From: Camelus dromedarius
Taxonomy: Eukaryota
Length of the DNA: 64,000 bases
Reading direction: 5' to 3'
NCBI RefSeq assembly: GCF_036321535.1
Contig: NC_087436.1
Coordinates: 92,258,001-92,322,000, forward strand
Positions 1 to 13,099 of this stretch are shown here, in pieces. The notes below the pieces were generated by a model. That model did no database searches. It was not told the origin of the DNA and worked only from the letters and a program-made list of their open reading frames with translations. The translations under genes and the position numbers were made by a program. Numbering within the stretch: position 1 is the first letter of the stretch; each line of letters starts with the position of its first letter.

Positions 1-303
1 AAGCCTTCAGATAGTATTTTCAGGAGAAGATTCTATGAGCGCAATTTCTTGCATCTTCTCATACCTAGGAAAGCACTAAAATCATTGATGGAGACATCTG
101 ACCCTCGTGACTAGCAGCAACCTTCTATGGACATGTGTGTTTGACTGCACGTATCCCCTTCCCCAAAATCATATATACTGACCCACCTCTTCGGAGCAGT
201 TCCTCCAAGCTCCCTGAGAGGCTGTCTCCCAGGCAGTGGTCCTCATTTGGCCCCAAATGAAACAACTCACAACTCTCACGTTATGCCTTCTTTAAGTGCT
301 AAC
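1..303 (+). mobile_element. ERV1-type LTR, 3' part (cut by window edge)
   Basis: Ends ...gtgctaaca. Shares the block cctcttc-gag--gt-cct---ag-t--ctgagaggctg-ctcc--gg with the LTR at 44813-45274. Confidence 0.7.
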
Positions 304-599
304 ATAGTTTTGGAAGATAAAAGTAATGCATCACTCAATATCCTTCAGATGCCTCTAACAGTAACATAACATCACATTCCTAACATTGCCTTAGGTCCCA
401 TGATTACAGAGAACTTGATCCCAAATGCTGACCTATCACTATTGAGAATCTCATTGAATATTGCTCTAAATTACTGTTGACAGATACCAGTATTGACCTG
501 TATCATCATTATTTTAATTTCCTATTCAGAAAAGAGTAGCATTTTTATCAACATTTCTTGTAATTACTTGGAAGTAAAAGAACTACTTTAAAATATAAA

Positions 600-1050
600 A
601 CGGCCGGGTCTAAGACTTGATTTGATTTACAAGCTAATAAATGAGCCCATTGTTCTTTCCTGGATGCTGGCAGAAGAGACAAAACTCCTGAGTCAGAGGC
701 AGAGGGTTTTATTACTCAGGGCACAGCAAGCAGCTGGTGGATCAACATATTTACAAGGGTTCCTCTTGTCCCCAGGTCTCACAAGGAGACAGAGAGGGGC
801 CCAGATGCAGATATTTACATCCCAGCTGAGAAACATTGAGATTGGGGAACCCATCACTTTTACAGAAAGAAGTACACAAGTTTGCTCTTTGGGGATAGAA
901 AGAGATGCTACCTCATCTGTCTACATTACAACTGCATAAACATCCCTGAAAAATGGCCTCAGTAAACAGCATTAGGGCCTTACAATCTTAGCACACTCAG
1001 CAAGACATATAGGACACCAAGTGGCCTACAAAAACTATCTCTCCCCAAAA
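600..1050 (-). mobile_element. LTR40-like ERVL solo LTR
   Basis: The reverse strand reads gctgcttgctgtgccctgagtaataaaacc...gactcaggagttttgtctcttctgccagcatcca, matching the recalled LTR40 poly(A)-signal/U5 region. It explains the spurious ORF 622-939. Confidence 0.6.
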
Positions 1051-1199
1051 AAATTATTATATAAGCAAAAATTATCAATCAAAATTTGCACATTATGTAT
1101 TCTGCAGTGAACATAGAACAAGCCTATTTCCATGCAGTTCAATGCCTTGGTTCCACCCGGTTTTTATCCATACCTACTACGACCAGAGCGAAGAGTTGA

Positions 1200-2170
1200 T
1201 GAATGAAATGACAAGAAATGAGGCTGCAGCCAAAGGCAGGGCCAGAAGATGAAGGATTTTATACACCATGATAAGGACATTGAACTTATCCAAAGAGAAT
1301 AGGAGTTATTTGAGAGTTCAAAGTGAGAGAAATTCAATTTGCTTTTTAGACAAATGTCATGGAAACAGGCAAAAACAGAGGCAGGATGGCTAATTTGGAG
1401 GCAGCTGAATGATTATGAACTGACCCAAAAAGTAGCAGTTAGGGTGCAGATAAGAATAGACTTCAGAAATATTTAGAAGAAATATTTAAAAATATTTAGA
1501 CTTTAATTGTATACAAGAGATGAGGAAGAAGAATTTAAGAAAATTGTCCCAGTTTCGGCCACATAATGGTGGCACTATTCCCTAACATAGAAAGTACAGA
1601 GAACACAGCAAACAGGAGAGTGAAAGCTTACAGCTCTTTTGATACTGTAGGTAGGCTGAGATGCACTGGGATGTCCGAGATGTCCATCAGAAGTTGGATG
1701 TGCAGATCTGATGCTTTAGAGATAAAGCTAGGCCATGTGCCATGCTAAATGGTAACTGAAGTCATGAAAGAGAACAGGACCATGTGGGAGCAGATGAAGA
1801 ATAAGAAGAAAAAAAAGGCTCAGGCAAGAACCCTGAAGCACAACCACTCAAAGACAATCAAAAGTCTTAGAAGTCCAACCAGAAAGAAGAAAGTCAAGAA
1901 TGCAGGATACCATGGGAGCTAAAAGAATAGAATACTTCAAGAAAAGAGACATCAAAGTCAAAGGCTACAGTGAACTCAATCAACTTCAGAACTTAAACTG
2001 TTTATTAAACTGAATAAAGAAGCTTTTATTTACATTGACATGAGAAATTCCATTAGAATCATAGAGGAATAAATCATATCAACAGAAAGAGAAGTAGAAG
2101 TGAGATGAAGAAATGATGAATGTGTGTGTGTAGGCAGCTCTTTCAAGAGGTGTAAAGTATAAATGGAAAC
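1200..2170 (-). mobile_element. L2 LINE fragment(s), highly diverged
   Basis: Purine-rich tract with L2-like phrases (gagatgtccatcagaagttggatgtgcagatctg; ggtggcactattccctaacatag). Confidence 0.6.
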
Positions 2171-3176
2171 TTTTGGTGTTTGTTTTGTTTGTTTTTTAAT
2201 GATAAGAGAGATTTTAATACAGGAAGAAACCAGTAGATAAGGATTGATTGCAGATGTGGGAGTAAGACAGGAGAGATAATCAAAAGAGATGCTAAAGCAG
2301 AATTTCAAAAAGACAAAATCAAGACTGTCATGCAAATATAAAATGAACATGTGTCAAAGATGTCCTTCAATTTGCTAATAGTGAGGTACCTAGTAAGATA
2401 TTAAGACCAGCTCAAAGTGATTTGAATAGCAGGTTTATTTATAAGTAATTTAATAAAGAAATATAAGGATAAGATTTCTCAGTAAGTGCAAATTGACTAA
2501 TATCCTGGAAAGTAAAAAACTGAAACCTTTGTAGCCATCTTTTTATCAAAGAGAAATCTTGGACAGACTTTCTATATATGTCACTGTAGGGCATAGTGAA
2601 CACATGAACCACGCACATAACTTCACTAAGTCTGGGAAATCTCATTCATAATAAATTGTGAGCTGAACAAAGCACATTACCGTAGATAACCCTTGGGTGG
2701 ACCTGAAAAACAATGACCTCATATGACAGTAATGGGACTTTCTGTTCACCTTTTGGCCTCATTTCCAACTTTTGCATGATTTCTCTTGACAGAGAATAGT
2801 TGCTGAGGAAGTAGGAGAGGAAGTGTGTCCCTCAAGGTCGTGGCAAGGAGCAGAAACGTTAAAAAAAAAGTGAGTTTAGTGAGTTAATGAAGAATCCACT
2901 TATGAAATTATGGACAGAATTAAGAAAAAGAAACCAAAGATGATGACATGCCACTGGGATCGGCAAAAGGTAGCTCCACTAGGTCTGATAATGGAGCAAA
3001 TGGTTAACATTACCCTTTGAGACATATAGCTGTAGGAACCAACTTCCCAGTGTAAGTGCCGTGGACTTCATCCACTGACAACCTCTCAGCCTGGGAAGAA
3101 GGATACTAAAGGAATGAATATTCCTCATTTTCCTGCTCACTGATCTCTGGTGATTTCCACTGGCTAAATCCAATCT

Positions 3177-3320
3177 GGGGGGAGTGTATAGCTCAAGTGG
3201 TAGAGCACATGCTTAGCATGCACAAGGTCCTGGGTTCAATCCCCAGTACCTCCTTTAAAAACAAACAAACCAACCTAACTACCTCTCTCCCACCAAAAAA
3301 AATTGAATTAAATAAATAAA
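3177..3320 (+). mobile_element. tRNA-Ala-derived SINE, Vic-1-like (camelid)
   Basis: ggggggagtgtatagctcaagtggtagagcacatgcttagcatgcacaaggtcctgggttcaatccccagtacctcc has A box, B box and an AGC anticodon region. It is followed by an A-rich linker, a short C-rich block and an A-rich tail, and interrupts an older MLT1-like LTR. Confidence 0.85.
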
Positions 3321-4839
3321 TTTTATCTGACACCAGAGGGCAAAAGAGCCTTTATGTAGGTCCTCTAGATCACTCTCCTGGGACATAAAGCAGGGCAGAA
3401 AATTGTGGAAAGTGGACACAGAGGGGCTGATGGAGAATATCCAGCTCAGGAAGAGAGCTAGAGCTTTCAGGGAAAGATAAGCCTTTGAGATGAGAGATGC
3501 CCTTCAATTGTAACAGGAGGATAGAAGGGTGATGAGTGTAGTTATAAGGTTGCTTGTATGTTGGAAGGAATTTAAGGAGCTTCTCACAAAATGAATTGAA
3601 TTTTCTTTATTATCTTTAAATTAAAGTCATTGTAAGTCATTGTATGAGGGTGGAGTTGACAGCAACAAGGTTGATGGGGTTGGATCTTTGAGAAAAGAGG
3701 AGAAGTTTGGAATGGCTCCCATAGAGAAGTATAGAGGAAACTGACCAGATAAATTGTGGTAAGAATTTTTGGAGATGGGGGATGGGAGGTGGGGACTTAA
3801 GTGTAAAGAACATGAATTCATAGTGAAACCCATCTTCAGCTTTGATTTTTCTCCAAAATTCAGCTGCTGTCTCACTTCCTTCATGATGTCTTCTGTGCTC
3901 TCTTCAGTACAAGTACAAAGGAACAATGACTGATTAATTGGTACCATACCAAAAAGGTCCTCTTGATAGATTCTAATATTCATGGATGTAGTGTCTCATC
4001 ACATTCTGATTACAAATTAGTACATTCTTTTATTGCTTTTCAGGAAAGGAAATGGATGGTCAATGGTTATGATTGGAATGAACCCATTTCGTAAACTGTG
4101 TTGACCAAGATTATTTCAAGTCAATGTGAAATCAGTAAACTTTGTATCACTATTTGTATTATCTTTCATAAATTAACCAAATAAGCAAAAGTTGCTCAGT
4201 GTATCAAATGTTGTCACTGGTTATAAGAGAAGGAAGCATGGCATCCAGCAATATTCCATGACACTAACTACTGGAAGTATTCATAAAATACTGACTAGAT
4301 TATGATGCCTAATGAGTTAACAAAGTGAATTTCCTTTATCATGTTACAACTTTAGATGTTACATCCTTTATAAGTCTTTTAAAACAGAAATCCAGACTGA
4401 TGTAAAAGGCAAGGCAACAGTCATTTCAAAAGAAAGGTGTTGAAATCCAGGGTATATTCAAACTAACTGGATAGCAATGTAGGGTGATTTGCTTTGTGCT
4501 AAAGTATAACCACACAGCTCCATAAGACACATGTTGGAGCTTCTGTAACTAGCTGCTACCACCACTCCCAGATCTCTTTGGCAATTATTACACATTGCTG
4601 TAACATCTACAACAACAGCACCTCTCAATAGCAAATACCTCCTACTTGCAACCTTTCCATTTTCTCTATTTAAATTAAGTCTTTCCCTAGATCATTTCAA
4701 CAAAGAATTTCATTTCAACAACAAAGAATTTGTTGAAACATCATGGTAGGCAAAGACTTGTACTTTGAACTCACTGAGGCTGTATCTGAGTCTCAATAAA
4801 TGTCATTTTCACTTTCTATCATGTATTTTATGGATTTTT

Positions 4840-4995
4840 ATACATGCCCCTCTCTTCTCTACCAGATTATAAATTCTTTATGAGCGAGTTCTCTATTATT
4901 CACCATTATGTATCTTGTGGAAATAGCACATTATCAGTTCTTGTAAGCATTTGTTAAATACTTGATGAATGAATAGATGGATAAATAAATGAATA
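4840..4995 (+). mobile_element. L2 3' end
   Basis: Terminal gcatttgttaaatacttgatgaatgaatagatggataaataaatgaat, a degenerate (TGAA)n L2 tail. Confidence 0.55.
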
Positions 4996-5235
4996 CAAAA
5001 GAAAATTAAATGGTCTGTTAATTAACAGATATTTAAAGAGCTCTCATCTAGTTATCAACTGAAAGGGAAATGCAGTAAACACTATTGCTAATTGTTTTGC
5101 TAGGAATATCAGCTGAAAACAGTATTCTTCGATGTCTATGTCATAAATCAATTAGAAATCTAAAATGATAAAAACATAAAGCATAAACTCCTAATTTTGT
5201 TCTACAGATGAGGCCATGGAAAGATTAAGAGGTTT

Positions 5236-5686
5236 ACAAAAGCATTTACATAAATACTCATAGCAGCACTATCCATAATACCTAAAAAGAAGGGAAAACT
5301 CAAATACCTACCAACTGCTAAATGGATAAATAAAATGTGGTATATCCATATAATGGAATATTATTTGGCAATAAGAAGGCATGAAGTACCAATACATGTT
5401 ACAGCACGGATGAACCTTGAAAACATTTCATTAAGTGAAATTTATACGAAATCTCCAAAATGGGCAAATCTATAGAGACAGAATGTAGTTAAGTGGTTAA
5501 CAGGTTTTCGGGCAGAGTGAACAGAGCAACTGCTATTAGGTTTCTCTGTGGATAATGAAATGCTCCCTAAGATTATGACAATTGTATAATTCTGTGAATA
5601 TATTATGAAGCATTGAATTGTACACTTCAAATGGGTGGATGAGATAGGATGTAAATGATATTTTAATAAAGCTATTTTTAAGAAGT
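5236..5686 (+). mobile_element. L1MB-like 3' end inserted in a MIR
   Basis: atggataaataaaatgtggtatatccatataatggaatattat (end of ORF2) and a terminal aataaagct. Flanked by aaagattaagaggttt (5220-5235) and aaagattaagtggctt (5687-5702), 14/16 identical. MIR halves lie on both sides. Confidence 0.85.
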
Positions 5687-6229
5687 AAAGATTAAGTGGC
5701 TTGTTCAAAATTACATGAGTAATTAGTGAAGCTAGAACTGTAATCTACATTTTCCCAACTAGGACAATTCTTTTTTTTCACTTTGCTGTTGTCCTGTGTG
5801 TAACACAGCTGTTTTTTTCACTCCCTTATTTTCTAAAGATCTTCACTTCTTTTTTGCCATTTTTGTATTTGTATTTAGTCCTCTTTCTTTCCTCCCATTT
5901 CTTAACTTCCTCAAGAGTTCTCATGCTGTCCTTTCCAGCTGTTAAATAACTTCCATGTTAATAATCATGACTCAGCTTTATTTCTTATTTGGCTGCACCT
6001 CAGATCCTATTAATCTATTTCTTCTACCAAAGGGACATTTGGGACTAAGCATATGAAACTTGATGGGTAAGACTTTGGAGAAGATGACTTTAACAGGACG
6101 TGAGCAGCAGGTGGGAAACCACTGAACAAAAGAATGATTCTGTTGATGGAATCTTATTACAGTCATAGAAATGAGAGACCTGCAAGGGTTGTTTAACTTG
6201 ATACTCGTACCCAGGAGATTGACTTACAG

Positions 6230-6640
6230 CTGGTGTGTGAGAAATGCCATTTTCCAGATGACTTCCTCTCCTGTTACAAAGTCTGGCTACAGCCCCTGCA
6301 AAGTGCTGGATCTTCTCCATGTTCAGGTGTTTGAGACACTTATCTTGTCTTTCTCCTCTCTGCTGTCTTTTTCCACTCATCTTTTTTTAATTGTAAGTAT
6401 TCTACTGTAGGAAGATTCATTCTTCTCCAATGAGTTCCATGTCTTTTTGAATATGTGTGCAGCCACTGGGATAATCCCAGCAGGGACTGAGAGAAGGCAT
6501 AGGTAAATGGTGGTTCACACTACTAAAGAAAGTCATCAGGTAATACATTTTCTCTCTGCAGGACATGACTGGGTAGCTCCCTCAAATTTAGGAAATAAAA
6601 ATGGACATCTCCTTGTCCATCATTGTCAGTCTCTAGCAAT
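6230..6640 (-). mobile_element. Possible ancient RTE-clade (L4-like) LINE relic
   Basis: Minus-strand peptides LRELPSHVLQR (6585-6553), IQKDMELIG (6452-6426) and KDEWKKT (6384-6364) follow the order and approximate spacing of RTE ORF C-terminal motifs. Confidence 0.3.
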
Positions 6641-7089
6641 GTGATTAAATGTGATTAGCAGGTGACTTTTTCTTTTTTTCCAAATGCAAACATCCAATAT
6701 GAATCTTTCACTGGTTTAAATTGCAAATTAGATTTTTTTCATTTTTAAAAACATTTTCTGGTGGCTTTAAGCAGCTTTTATTCACTTACTGTCCACAATT
6801 ATTATTCATTTTCTATTAACCCCAAATTATTTGGGTCAATTGTGCGAAATTTTTTTGTGCAAAATTTTTGTGTGAAAATATGTTAACATTGATAAATTTA
6901 TGTCATTCAACCCAACATATAGTAGTAAAATATATAGTACAACTTGTTATAAATTGTGGAGTAAAGAGGAGAAAACGGAGAAGAAAAAAAATTGTTCTGG
7001 GTCCAAACATAGAAGTAACACTCCAAAGTGGAGCCGTGATGTGACACTATTCCATTTCTCAAAGTTAAAAGGGAAGGAGTGTAGGAAGC

Positions 7090-7503
7090 AGACAGTGTTA
7101 GCTGCCTGCCCAACAGCCATTTTCTCCCCTCTCTCTTGCTACAGAAGCCCACTTATGTTTGGGTTGACAATGCGCCCTGCCCCAAGGACTGAATCATAGA
7201 TTAGTCTTACCAATCATGACCTTAATGTTTCCTTTTGATTCCTTCCTGTTTCAGATAATGGTGTGTCACAATGATGCTTAGAACGTCAGCAGCCATCTTG
7301 CCACCATGATGCAATAAAGGAGGACAAAAATTAAATGTGCTCAAGAAAAGAAAGGTGCAAAGACATTGGGTCCTTGATGACATCCCTGCACTGATGAACT
7401 AGATGTACTGCCTCCTCCAGACTCTGTAATATAAGAGAATAAAACGTCCAAAATGCTCAGTTGGGTGTTTATTAATTGCAAACCGACATATCCTAACTGA
7501 AAC
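7090..7503 (+). mobile_element. MLT1 (J/K-like) MaLR LTR, diverged
   Basis: cagcagccatcttgccaccatga, gggtccttgatgacatc, gagaataaaa and terminal tcctaactgaaaca. Confidence 0.65.
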
Positions 7504-8259
7504 AGTGTGAGCATTTATATACCATCAAGAACACATATGATGTTCGAGATTATAAAAAAAATTAAGCCTTGGATCAGGCTTAGATAAGAAGCCTTTTCAT
7601 CAAGCTCAACTGCCCTCTCTGAGTGGGAGGGGGTGCTTCTTTTCCTCATATGCCCCTCTGGACAGCATGACTGTGGTGAAGGGCACAGTTATGGCTGAGC
7701 AATGGATACCACGCTGGGTCCTCTCTGAATCTTGAGGTGTAATTGACAAGGACCATCCTTTAAGAAAATAATGGATGACTATTAAGATTTTAGAAATTTT
7801 CCACAAGAAGACAAGCTGTCTGATGATCTTACTTGATAATCTTTTTTCAAATTTACACTTCTGGTTATTAACACACAGCAAAGAAGACATACTTAAGGAC
7901 ATATAAGGAGAGGACACATTCCACATTTACAAACAAATCCTGGTTGAGGAGCAAAGCTGGAGCCTGGGAATGTGTAGCCATGCTAAGAGACACCATTCTC
8001 CTCCCTGCGAGCATCCCTCAGGTGTGCCCTCAGCCACACGTTTATTCAACAATGAAAAAATAGTATAAAAAGTGGCAACACGTGAAACACAGTTTTTAGA
8101 CATCTGCCTTGATTTCCTGAGTAGAGAGTTTATAAAAAATACAATAACTATATCCTTCTATCATTTTTCTATTAACACTTTGATCTGGGGGGATTTTCTC
8201 AGCAACCAAAACACAGTCTATCAGAATCATTAACTAGCTGATGTTAAGCTTATAATCAT

Positions 8260-9110
8260 GCAGCCAGCAGTTACTGAGCACCTACAATGTATCAGGGACT
8301 GTATTAAGTACTGAAACACTGAGGTGGAAGGTGTGATTCTCACCATCAGTTTCCACAGATGAAAATGAAACCTAGTTATGTACCCAAAAGTGACATTATG
8401 GTAGAGTGCTATCACAAAACTTTGGGGACAGAGAAGAGAGATGCAAGATGCAGCTGGGGGTGTCTGGGAAGGCTTGGGAAGGTAGAAACTTGAACAGAAT
8501 CTTGAAGGGCTAATTAGAATTGTCTAGATGAGAAGAGGATAATTACCAGCAGATGGAACTGGATGTGCAAAAATTGCAAGGCAATAAGGAAGCAAAGAGT
8601 TAATTTTGGCAGGCTCAGTGAGCGATCCCTGTGAGGGAGAAGCAGCAGATGGGAAGGGAAGGAGTTTTTTGGCTGCACGGAAAATTTAATCCCAAGGGAG
8701 ATAGGAAGCCCTTGGGGGATTTTAGGCAAGGAAGTAAAAGACCATTCTGGCAGCTTAGGGCAGAATGGATTAAAATAAAGAGAGTCTGGAAGTAGAAAGT
8801 AAGTAATCTCAACAAAAAATTACAACAGTGGCATTGGGTATGAATCAAGAAATATCAAGAGAGAGTCTGAAGGATTTAGCAGTCAATTGATTTTAAGGGT
8901 ATCAGCACCACGGAGGGTTTGAGGATAACTCACAGATGCCTGGCAACCAACTGGGATGGATCGTTATGACATCTTTTAGGATATGTAATAAAGAAGAGTT
9001 GGTTTTTGTGGCAGGGGAGGGGGGAGAAGGTGGTAACAAATATACTTTTCACAGTGTCAAATTTGAGGTGTTCATGGTTTATTCAAGCAAAGCTGTCCAA
9101 CAGATCAGAG
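8260..9110 (-). mobile_element. L2 fragments with an interleaved MIR
   Basis: gttactgagcacctacaatgtatcagg; aagaccattctggcagc; gtgtcaaatttgaggtgttcatgg. Confidence 0.6.
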
Positions 9111-9559
9111 GCTCCTAAGCTTTCAGATTTCACACACCAGCAAGATTTCCAAATAAATATGTGGAACCAATTTAAGACTGCCAATTTTTCATTTTGCTAA
9201 ATCAGGATATGTTTTTTAAAAAAACTATCATCCACTAATATAAATATTTCATTTTTATTAAAGGATATTCCAACACCAAAAATTAAGGAATGAATCTTAA
9301 TATAAAAGGCAACTTATTAAATTAAGTAAACTTGACTTCATTTTAAAACTCTACTAAAATGGCCTTACTTTTTATTTCAATTCCCCTTTACCAACGTAAT
9401 CCCCTCATCACTGACTCACAACAGACCACAAATTGGCACTTAAAACCACTGAAATAGATTGTACGTACAGAGGTTTGGGGCTCAACAGAGGAGCGTTAGC
9501 TGAAGATCTAAAATCATAAACATGTTATTTGAAATTGGCAAAATGGATAATCATAAGTA

Positions 9560-9790
9560 CTATTTATTCACCACATTTAAGTGCCCAGCACTATGGTAAG
9601 GGCTTTACATAATTTCTCATTTCAAAATGTCAACTGGGAGGTAAGAGGCTCATTTTTTCCGATGAGGAAATTGAGACTGAAGGTATCAAGTTGCACAAGA
9701 TCACAAAGCAGGAAATGGCAGAGCCAGTATTCAAAGTTCCTTTAACTCAAAGCCCAGTGCTTCTAAGTGTGATGTTAGATTGCCACCTTA
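9560..9790 (-). mobile_element. MIR SINE
   Basis: Core catttttt-cgatgaggaaattgagactga...cacaagatcaca...aaatggcagagccag. Confidence 0.75.
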
Positions 9791-10004
9791 GAAAGAATAC
9801 ATAGAATGAGATAGAGCATCAAGGATGGAACTCTGAGGAATACTGACACTCAAGATGATGCCCCAGAAGAAAAGAGCCTAGAAAAGGAAAATAAATTGGG
9901 CCACGTAAAACAAAAGAGAGAATTTCCCAAAGAAATGTGTTGTCAAAAAGTCCAAACATCACGGAGAAGTAAGGTAAATATAAATTAAATGTGCATCAAA
10001 ATCA

Positions 10005-10049
<45 letters not shown>

Positions 10050-10057
10050 ATCTATCT
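10005..10057. repeat. (ATCT)11 T (ATCT)2 tetranucleotide microsatellite
   Basis: Read directly from the sequence. Confidence 0.97.
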
Positions 10058-11119
10058 ATACAAATTGAGGCCAAAAATATTATACATAGCATTTTCTTGT
10101 AAACAAAACCTATTTTAGTAATCCACATCCGCCCTGCTGACTCTTTCACGTGCTCAGCAGTCACTCAGTTACTAGGATCGGGAACTTACTCTAGAACCCA
10201 TGTATCTGAGCCCTTTTGCAAGTCTGTAACCAACCTGCATCTCCTTTTGGAAATCCTTGTTGCCTACTGTAAGGGGCTTAAACCTGGTTGAACAGTTGGA
10301 TTAGCTAGTATGTGAAGTCTTGACCCTGGCACTTAAATAAATCTTACAGATCAAATCAAAGAACATTCAAATTTATATGATATCTATGATGCAGGATGAG
10401 TGTCTCCAACTAGAAATAGTTTTTTTTTTTTAATGTAATTCATAATTTAGGAACTCTGGATATAGAGTAGTATGTTTGTTACAATCTTACAGCCTGTTAT
10501 GAAATTTCAGTTATAAAAGCTGCTTCTAACAGGCACAAAGATTCAAAATGCAATTTCAATATACTATCACCAGGAGGCACTGAGACATTAATATAATGGT
10601 TTGGTAATTATAACACTAGGAAACCTTGTGGGTCCAAAATTTCTCTAGAGGACATAGAGCAAGTATATTATCTTTTAACTCTAGTTCTCCTAGGGCTTTA
10701 AGACTAAAAATTTATAATCTAGGTGACCAAAATTAAATTATTTTAAAAAGTGTTCCTATCACCATTAAGAAAAAAAAAGTCATCAAAATTCATTGTTCAA
10801 ATTTCATAGGTCTAATGTTTTCAAAATTCATCTTCTATCAAAAGGAGTTTCTAATATTTTGACAAACTGTGGTAATTAGCACTTAAATTAGCACTAAATC
10901 TATCAAAAAGTTTTGTTACAGAACATTATGATACTCTACATATTGAAATAATGATTTATTTTAAAGTTCCTTAGCCTATTTTCCAAGGACCTCCAAGCTT
11001 TGACCCTAACCCACCTTTCTAAGCTTATCTCTGATTATCCCCACATGGCCATAAAGACCAACAAAACTGGGCAATTCTTACTTCCTTGACAAATCCCTTA
11101 TTTCTCCACATTTATTTCT

Positions 11120-11900
11120 TTACAGAATAACTTCATCATTATGCTTTGGAAGAAACTGCTTGGGTTCAAGTTTCTTAGCATTATTTTGACACAAACCTCA
11201 AACATCAGTATCGATTTATCTGTAAATACTTCATTGTATACCTTTAAATATAAGGGTCTTTTTTTTCAAACACAGTCATGGTGTCATTCACTATCACATC
11301 CAAATTATTAACCATAATTCCTTAATATCATCAAATAAACAGTCAGTATCCAATGTCCATGACTGTTCAGTTTGAATCAGGATTCAAATAAGAATCATAC
11401 ATTGCATTTGACCGTTTCTTAAATCCCTTTAGATTTTTCCATGCCCACCTTTCCCCTTTTGAAATTTGTTTAAAAAAAAAAACAAACATTTGTCCAATAA
11501 ATTTTCCACACTGTAGATTTTAATGGCTGCTTCCCCACGCTGTCTTTTAACATGTTCGTCTATCCCCTGTATTTCCCATAAGCTGGTAGTTAAATCTAGA
11601 GGCTTGATCTGTTTCAAGAATTTTGGCAAGAATACTTAGAAGTGGTGGCGTATATTTCTATCAAGAAGTATGTAATGTTTAGTAGTTTCTCTTCTTGTGG
11701 TGGTTACCGCTATAAACGATCATTTCCTAGACCCATGATATCACTGAAGGTTCACCAACAGGTGATAATCCCATCCTATTGTTCCTTTTTTCTTTATTGA
11801 CTGTCATAATTTTATAGAGAGAAACTCACCCTCATAAACTATTTGACTGCCCTGAGATATAGTTCATAGGGAAAAGGTGACTAAATGCTTGAATCTTTCA
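11120..11900 (-). mobile_element. Old L1 (L1MC-like) 3' UTR
   Basis: ttaacatgttc...cccctgtatttcccataagctggtagttaaatctagaggcttgatc and tttgaatcaggattcaaataag match the recalled reverse L1MC 3' region. Confidence 0.7.
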
Positions 11901-11979
11901 ATGGGGAGAAAATTTCTGAAGTTGACTTCTCAGGTAATAAACTGCCACTAATGGAGAGGTTTAACGTGCCCATGCTCAC

Positions 11980-12072
11980 CTGAGAGCTCGTTAGAGGAGC
12001 TTCACTGGTACGACTGAAGCAGCTTCATATGTACGCAGGATGGGAACCCAGTGACTGGAGTCTGACTCCGAC
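11980..12072 (-). other. Candidate 93-bp non-coding exon
   Basis: Minus-strand acceptor ctctttatatctgtcag|GT and donor CAG|gtgagc. Stops in all three frames. Confidence 0.2.
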
Positions 12073-13099
12073 CTGACAGATATAAAGAGCTGGAGGCAAG
12101 GTGATTAGCTGTTGATGAATGAACCCAAGGACTGTGAGGTCTACCTCTACTCCAGAGCTTATCAGGTCAAAGGGTACATCAAGGATTCCAAGGCATCCAG
12201 ATACGGGTCACGCACCAAAGAGAGAACCTATGAAGGTTTGTATTATGTCCTACCCAGCAGAACCCACTAGGAAGGGCCATGGGACTTACATAAATGCTAG
12301 ATTCCTAGCAGCTGAGGAGAGAGTGAGAGGAGTGGGCATCACTTACTACAAGAGAACTACAAGTGAGAAGTTCCTAAATATGTGATGGGGGTCTCTGAGA
12401 ACCTCGTGAGGGAAAAGTTCATCTTTAAGCACTTGCTGAACCCAGAGAGTTTAAAGTCCTAGTAAGTCATTTTTAAGTCTTTGGTTAACAAAACAGACAG
12501 TCTGTCCACTATGGTTATGGATTTTTTTTTCTCTTCCACGGTATCTGCATTTGGCTATATACCAAAGTGTTAACTGTGATTGTGGCTGAGAAGTAGGATC
12601 TTTTTCCTACTGAAAGAGTAGGATTTTTTTCCCAGAAGTTCGACTATTTTTATAAGAGCAACAATTAAGTTAGAGGGATTTATTGTTTAGGAAATGAATG
12701 AGTAAATATGTCCAGGCAACTAATGGCCTATGTCTTGGCTTATAGATATTTTCATATTGATTTTCCTGGTTCTCACCCCACTATGCCCTAGGCTATTTGA
12801 AAAGCTGCAGCTAAAACCCATCCTCTGCTTTGACTATTTTCTGCCCAGTCATTTTATGCTTCAGCAAAATTCTTGCTGCCTTCCTTAATGGCCTTCTGGG
12901 GTTGGAAGAGCAACTTCAATAAAAGCACAGTGAACTAGGCGATGGGACCAAGCCATTAACAAAACTCTAATCTAGTTGTAGATCTTACACCATATTACGT
13001 TAGGAAAGCCCCTCTAACTTTTAACATATTTCTATATGTATTATTTAATTGATTTAATAACTAGGTGTTTACATTTATCAAACGCTTTATCTGCATTAA

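Noticed and set aside
3177..3254. Functional tRNA-Ala gene
   Set aside because: It continues into a SINE-type A-rich body and tail, lacks an immediate T4+ terminator, shows stem mismatches and interrupts another repeat.
10567..10582. CTCF-like motif tcaccaggaggcac
   Set aside because: It mismatches the core at informative positions and cannot be separated from chance without a PWM or ChIP data.
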